DNA of 32,000 nt from Kineococcus radiotolerans SRS30216 = ATCC BAA-149. Lineage in GTDB: Bacteria; Actinomycetota; Actinomycetes; Actinomycetales; Kineococcaceae. The notes under the pieces were generated by a model. That model saw only the letters and a list, made by a program, of their open reading frames with translations, was not told where the DNA came from and did no database searches. Below, piece after piece: positions 27,707 to 32,000 of this stretch. The position numbers were made by a program, and so were the translations under genes. The stretch lies in assembly GCF_000017305.1 (NCBI RefSeq), contig NC_009664.2, positions 1,740,001 through 1,772,000 of the forward strand, read 5' to 3'. The first letter of the stretch is position 1. The number at the start of each line of letters is the position of its first letter.

Positions 27707-29689
27707 TCAGCCGCCGACGTGGATGCCCGGGCGGCGTCCCGGGTCCGGTTCGAGGCCGCGCAGGATCTCGCGGACGACGGGGGCGGTGTCGCCGCGGCCG
27801 AGGATCAGGTAGCGCATGAGGTGGCCCAGGGGGTTCCCCTCGGACCACTCGAAGTGGGCGTGCGGGCGCACCCCGGTCGCGTCGCGCAGCGCCAGCAGGA
27901 TCGCGGCGATGGCGTTGGGCGCGGCGGGGGCCTGGACCCGCAGGACGCGGTACGGCCCGACGCGGGTGCCGCGCACCACGAGGACCTCCGAGAACGTCGA
28001 CGGGTCGACGACCTCGACCTCCAGGAACTCCACGTCGGCCGCGCCGGGCACCGGGTCCATGGCCCGCACCCGGGCCTCCTTCGCCGCGTACTCGGCCTCG
28101 TCCCCCACCCCCGGGCGGTTGGCGATGAGGTGCAGGGCGCCGTCGAAGGCCAGCGACTCGGTGAGGATGCTGCGCGCGGTCTCGTCGAACTCGATGCGGT
28201 CGGCCCGCAGCTCGGTGGTCCGCGAGACGCGGGAGACGAGGGACACGACGACGATCCCGGCGATGAAGAGGCCCGAGATGGCGATGCCGTCCGGCTTCTC
28301 CAGGACGTTCTCCACCAGCGCGTAGAGCAGGACCGCGGTGAGGACGGCGAAACCCGCGGTGGCCCGGCGCCGGTGCTTGCGGGTCGCGGAGACGGTCACC
28401 GCGACGGCGCCGGAGACCATCATCACGAGGATCCCGGTGGCGTAGGCGCCGGCCTGCGCGTCGACGTCGGCGCGGAAGGCGACGGTGATGAGGACGCTGA
28501 TGGCGGTGTAGACGAGGACGACCGGGCGCACCGCGCGGCCCCACTCCGGCGCCATCCCGTACGTCGGCAGGTAGCGGGGCACGATGTTGATCAGACCGGC
28601 CATGGCGGAGGCGCCGGCGAACCACAGGATGAGGACGCTGGAGACGTCGTAGACGGTGCCGAAGCCGTTGCCGAGGTGCTCGTGGGCCAGGTAGGCCATC
28701 GCCCGGCCGCTGGCCGCCCCGCCCTCGCGGAACTCCTCGGCGGGGATGAGCACGGTGGTGACGAAGCTGGTCGCGAGCAGGTACACGCTCATGATCAGCG
28801 CCGCGGCGGTCAGCAGCCTGCGGGTGTTGCGGACGCGCGCGGCCAGGACCTCCTGCGGCGTGGAACCCTCCGCGGCGATGAGCGGCATCATCGACACGCC
28901 GGTCTCGAAACCGGACAGGCCCAGCACGAGCAGGGGGAAGGCCAGCACCGCCGGGCCCAGGACCCCGCCGATCCCCCCGCCGCCGGCGGTGAGCCGGTCG
29001 GTCCACCCGTGCAGCGCGGCCGGGTCGCGGACGACGTCGAGGAGCCCGACGACGACGACCGCGGCGTTCAGCAGCAGGAAGACCGCCACCAGGGGGATGG
29101 CGACGCCGACGGCCTCGCTGAACCCCTTGAGGAAGACCCCGCCCAGGACGAGCAGCAGGACCACGGTGATGAGCACCGCGTGCCCGTGCAGCGCGTCGGG
29201 CAGGTAGGGGTTCTCCAGCAGGTGCACCGAGGCGTCGGCGCTGGAGAGGGTGATCGTGATGATCCAGGAGGTGGCGACGAACCCGAGGAGGACGAGCACG
29301 GACACCTTGCCCCGCCAGAACGGCAGGAGGTCCTCCAGCATCGCCACCGACCCCTGACCGTGCGGGCTCTCCGCCGCCACCCTGCGGTACATCGGCAGCA
29401 TCCCCAGCAGGGTCAGCGCGACGATGAGCAGGGTGGCCAGCGGTGAGAGCGCCCCCGCGGCCAGGGCGGCGATCCCGGGCAGGTAGGAGAGGGTGGAGAA
29501 GTAGTCCACCCCCGTGAGGCACATGACCTTCCACCAGGCCTGCGGGTGGGCCTGCTCGGTGGCGGCGACCGGTCCCGGCGGCTGCACGCGGTCGGCCAGG
29601 AGCCAGCGCTTCAGGCCGGTGGGCGGCACCTGCCCCGGGGTGGGGCAGTCCACCTGCGCGGGGACGGCGTAGTCGGGGGTGGCGCTCAC
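27707..29689 (-). CDS. APC-superfamily-like permease with a ~170-aa C-terminal cytoplasmic domain
   Basis: This is the last 660 codons of track ORF 27707..30955. It has about 12 hydrophobic segments and an APC-like TM1-2 region, [22 protein letters not shown]. The soluble C-terminus runs [12 protein letters not shown]...[23 protein letters not shown]. The GTG at 29689 overlaps the AI-2E gene stop (GTGA). The start is inferred and internal starts are possible. Confidence 0.7.
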   Translation of the reverse strand: MSATPDYAVPAQVDCPTPGQVPPTGLKRWLLADRVQPPGPVAATEQAHPQAWWKVMCLTGVDYFSTLSYLPGIAALAAGALSPLATLLIVALTLLGMLPMYRRVAAESPHGQGSVAMLEDLLPFWRGKVSVLVLLGFVATSWIITITLSSADASVHLLENPYLPDALHGHAVLITVVLLLVLGGVFLKGFSEAVGVAIPLVAVFLLLNAAVVVVGLLDVVRDPAALHGWTDRLTAGGGGIGGVLGPAVLAFPLLVLGLSGFETGVSMMPLIAAEGSTPQEVLAARVRNTRRLLTAAALIMSVYLLATSFVTTVLIPAEEFREGGAASGRAMAYLAHEHLGNGFGTVYDVSSVLILWFAGASAMAGLINIVPRYLPTYGMAPEWGRAVRPVVLVYTAISVLITVAFRADVDAQAGAYATGILVMMVSGAVAVTVSATRKHRRRATAGFAVLTAVLLYALVENVLEKPDGIAISGLFIAGIVVVSLVSRVSRTTELRADRIEFDETARSILTESLAFDGALHLIANRPGVGDEAEYAAKEARVRAMDPVPGAADVEFLEVEVVDPSTFSEVLVVRGTRVGPYRVLRVQAPAAPNAIAAILLALRDATGVRPHAHFEWSEGNPLGHLMRYLILGRGDTAPVVREILRGLEPDPGRRPGIHVGG

Positions 29690-30879
29690 GCCTGGTGCGC
29701 GCCGTCGCCGGGCAGCCGGATCTCGCGCGGTGCGGAACCGACCGGTTCGCGGTCCTCCCCGACCGTCACCTCGCCCTTGGGCCGTCCCCTGCGGTGGTCC
29801 CACACGTCGCGGACGACGACCTGGGCGATGCTCGCCACCGGGATCGCCAGCAGCGCACCGAGGATCCCGGCCAGCTCGACGGACAGCAGGATGGCCACGA
29901 TGACCGTCAGCGGGTTCAGCTTCACGGTGCGGGAGAAGATCAGCGGCTGCAGCAGGTGGTTCTCCAGCTGCTGGTAGACGAGGAAGAACACCAGCACCGC
30001 GATGCCGGCCGGCACCGAGTGCACGAGCCCGGCGACCACGGCCACGACGGCGCCGATGGTGGCGCCGACCAGCGGGATCAGGTCGGCGATGGCGACGAAC
30101 AGGGCGATGAGGCCGGCGAAGGGGACACCGGCGATCTTCAGCACGGCGTAGGTGAGGACGCCGCAGATGGCGCTGATGAGGAGGTTCCCCGAGAGGTACC
30201 CGGTGACCGACTTCGCGCAGTCCGCCCCCACGCTCCGCAGCCGGTGGGCCGTGGGCGCGTGGAAGAGGTTGACGAAGCCGTCGACGACCTTGGGGCCCTC
30301 CAGCACCATGAGGAACGCGAGGACGAAGATCGACGCGGCGCCGGCCGCACTCGTGGCGACGCCGCTGAGCACCCCGGCGGCGGGGGTGGTCAGGCCGGTG
30401 GCGAAGCTCCGGATGCGGTCCTGGTTGTCCTGCACGTAGGTCAGCGCGCCGGTCCGCTCCAGCAGGTTGCCGACGGGACCGCGACCCGCCCGGGCGTCGT
30501 CGATGAGCTGGGGCAGCTGCCCGGCGAACTTCGTGCCCTCCTGGGCCAGCGGGACGACGAAGAGGGTCCCGATCCCGGCGAGCACCAGGACGATGACCAC
30601 GAACACCAGGAGCGTGGCGAGGGAACGGCGCTTCCCGCCCAGCAGGCGGCGCTCCACCCACCCCACCACGGGGTAGAGGGCGATGGCGAAGAACGCCGCC
30701 ACGACGATCCAGGTGAGCACCTGCAGGGTCTGCAGCACGATGTACAGCACCAGCGCCGTCGCCAGCAGGAGACCGATGGCGGTCAGGATGGTGCGGACGG
30801 TTCCCGGGGAGGGGGCCCGCTCGTCGGAGACGCCGCCGAGGGCCGTCACCTCGCGGGGGGTTCCTGCGTCGTTGGTCAC
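29686..30879 (-). CDS. AI-2E family transporter (PerM/YhhT/UPF0118)
   Basis: 397 aa with about 8 TM. The characteristic C-terminal region reads [21 protein letters not shown]...[34 protein letters not shown]. The GTG start has no obvious RBS. Confidence 0.85.
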   Translation of the reverse strand: MTNDAGTPREVTALGGVSDERAPSPGTVRTILTAIGLLLATALVLYIVLQTLQVLTWIVVAAFFAIALYPVVGWVERRLLGGKRRSLATLLVFVVIVLVLAGIGTLFVVPLAQEGTKFAGQLPQLIDDARAGRGPVGNLLERTGALTYVQDNQDRIRSFATGLTTPAAGVLSGVATSAAGAASIFVLAFLMVLEGPKVVDGFVNLFHAPTAHRLRSVGADCAKSVTGYLSGNLLISAICGVLTYAVLKIAGVPFAGLIALFVAIADLIPLVGATIGAVVAVVAGLVHSVPAGIAVLVFFLVYQQLENHLLQPLIFSRTVKLNPLTVIVAILLSVELAGILGALLAIPVASIAQVVVRDVWDHRRGRPKGEVTVGEDREPVGSAPREIRLPGDGAHQA

Positions 30880-30951
30880 GAGGCACGATGGTGAGCCCGG
30901 GAAACCACCGGCGCGCGCTGAAACCCCGGCCGGGTCCGGCGGGGCCGAGGT

Positions 30952-31647
30952 TCACAGCGCCGGCGTGGGGAGGTAGGCCAGTTCCGGGCGCCCGGACCCG
31001 CCGTAGCGGGGTTCGCGCCGGACCCGGCCCGCCGCCGAGAGGTGCTCCAGGTAGCGCCGGGCGCTGACCCGCGACAACCCCGTCGCCGCGGCCACCTCCG
31101 CCGCGGACAGCCCCTGCGACGACGGGGCGGTCCGCAGCGCCGCGACGACGGCCTGGAGGGTCGGGGCGGCCACCCCGCGACCGGGGGCGGCGGTGCGCAG
31201 CTGGGACAGCGCCTCGTCGATGGCCTGCTGGTCGATCCCGTGCTCGCCCGAGGCGGCGGCGACGTCGGCGCGGAACCGGGCGTAGGCGCGCAGCCGCTCC
31301 TCCAGCGCGGCGGCGGAGAAGGGTTTCAGCAGGTACTGCACGACGCCCATCGACAGCGCCTGCCGCACGGTGGCGGGTTCGCGGGCGGCGGTCACGGCGA
31401 TGACGTCGGCGGGCACGGCCGCCGCCCGCAGCGCGCGCAGCACCTGCAGCCCGTCGACGTCGGGCAGCGTCATGTCCAGCAGCACCAGGTCGATCGGGGT
31501 GTCGGCCCCGGCGGCCCCGACGGCGGCGAGCGCCTCGCGCCCGGAGTGGACGGCGGCGACGACCTCGAAGCCCGGGACGGCGGCGACCTTCTCGGCGTGC
31601 CCGGCGGCCAGCAGCGGGTCGTCCTCGACGACGAGGACGCGGATCAC
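30952..31647 (-). CDS. Two-component response regulator, CitB/DcuR-type (REC + C-terminal HTH)
   Basis: The REC domain has [11 protein letters not shown]...[14 protein letters not shown]...VIAVTAA...YLLKPF. The C-terminal HTH reads [30 protein letters not shown]. The GTG overlaps the kinase stop (GTGA). Confidence 0.88.
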   Translation of the reverse strand: MIRVLVVEDDPLLAAGHAEKVAAVPGFEVVAAVHSGREALAAVGAAGADTPIDLVLLDMTLPDVDGLQVLRALRAAAVPADVIAVTAAREPATVRQALSMGVVQYLLKPFSAAALEERLRAYARFRADVAAASGEHGIDQQAIDEALSQLRTAAPGRGVAAPTLQAVVAALRTAPSSQGLSAAEVAAATGLSRVSARRYLEHLSAAGRVRREPRYGGSGRPELAYLPTPAL

Positions 31648-32000
31648 CGGGCGCCCCCGGGCGGCGCGGCGAGGGGCAGGCGGACCACGATCGTCCCGCC
31701 GCCGTCGTCGAGGGTCACGGGTTCCTCCACGGCGATCGTCCCGCCGTGGCGGCGCACGACCTGCCCGACGAGGGCCAGCCCGAGGCCGTGGGAGCCCTCG
31801 GGGGCCAGGCGGTGCTCCTTGCGCGACCAGCCGCGCTGCATCGCCCGCTCCAGCCAGCCCGCGGGCAGCCCCTCCCCGGAGTCGGTGACCCGCACCTCGA
31901 CCTCGTCGCCGGCGGTGATCCGGACCCGGACCCAGCGGGGGTTCTCCCCGTCGAGGGCGGCCTCGACGGCGTTGTCGACGAGGTTGCCGACGACGGTGAC
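31644..32000 (-). CDS. Sensor histidine kinase, C-terminal HATPase_c part only (5' end beyond the window)
   Basis: The frame is open from base 32000. It has the N-box [14 protein letters not shown]1 VTDSGEGLP and G2 [10 protein letters not shown]. Pairing with a CitB-type regulator suggests a CitA/DcuS-like kinase, but the sensor domain is not visible. Confidence 0.85.
   Translation of the reverse strand, partial: VTVVGNLVDNAVEAALDGENPRWVRVRITAGDEVEVRVTDSGEGLPAGWLERAMQRGWSRKEHRLAPEGSHGLGLALVGQVVRRHGGTIAVEEPVTLDDGGGTIVVRLPLAAPPGGAR

Noticed and set aside
24168-29534. 1788-aa minus-strand ORF, the longest in the track
   Set aside because: It is extremely Arg/Gly/Pro/Ala-rich low-complexity sequence with no recognisable domain. 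It runs antisense or out of frame across five well-supported genes (GGDEF-EAL end, TetR, PRC/DUF2382, membrane protein, APC permease). This is a typical stop-codon-poor shadow frame in very GC-rich DNA.
29690-30955. N-terminal 422 codons of the 1082-aa track ORF 27707..30955, which would make a giant permease
   Set aside because: That part is out of frame over the AI-2E transporter gene and translates to Arg/Pro/Gly-rich sequence. The permease-like sequence begins only near 29689.

Overview
The window is very GC-rich, with third codon positions almost all G/C, and looks like an actinobacterial chromosome. I call 33 CDS (two cut by the window edges, two small and speculative). I recognised no rRNA, tRNA, CRISPR array, transposase or integrase.

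Backbone genes:
- On the minus strand there are two conserved blocks: dacB, a Zn-metalloprotease, tilS and hpt; then ftsH, folE, folP, folB, folK and a DUF3180 gene.
- ppa sits divergent from dacB. From memory this is the order seen in Mycobacterium tuberculosis (Rv3605c-3610c and Rv3624c-3628).
- The six genes from ftsH to DUF3180 are joined by five identical 4-nt GTGA stop/start overlaps.

Most interesting region:
- About 7.8 kb (8318-16127) separates hpt from ftsH, which are normally adjacent.
- It holds a solitary Uma2-family endonuclease and a GntR-type regulator divergent from a tightly packed plus-strand operon.
- The operon encodes an NRAMP-like permease lacking the canonical metal-site residues, PxpA/LamB-YcsF, a DUF1445/YcsI protein, a fused PxpB-PxpC, and a biotin carboxylase+BCCP protein with an intact AMKM biotinylation motif.
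- No acyl-CoA-type carboxyltransferase is present. PxpB/PxpC-type domains form the carboxyltransferase module of urea carboxylase, so this looks like a split, biotin-dependent carboxylase/lactamase system of unknown substrate. That reading is inference, and the main alternative is given in the finding.

Right third (21-32 kb), accessory/regulatory:
- MerR regulator, SMP-30/gluconolactonase-like protein, and a membrane GGDEF-EAL protein.
- A TetR regulator divergent from a PRC-barrel/DUF2382 stress-type protein, followed by a membrane protein.
- A heavily structured 215-nt spacer followed by a possible 66-aa ORF.
- A CitB-type two-component system upstream of an overlapping AI-2E transporter / APC-like permease pair.

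Several very long ORFs in the supplied track (for example 24168..29534, 12671..15784, 85..2166) are GC-driven shadow frames and are rejected. All start codons are my own choices from reading the sequence. Many are GTG, and several remain uncertain.
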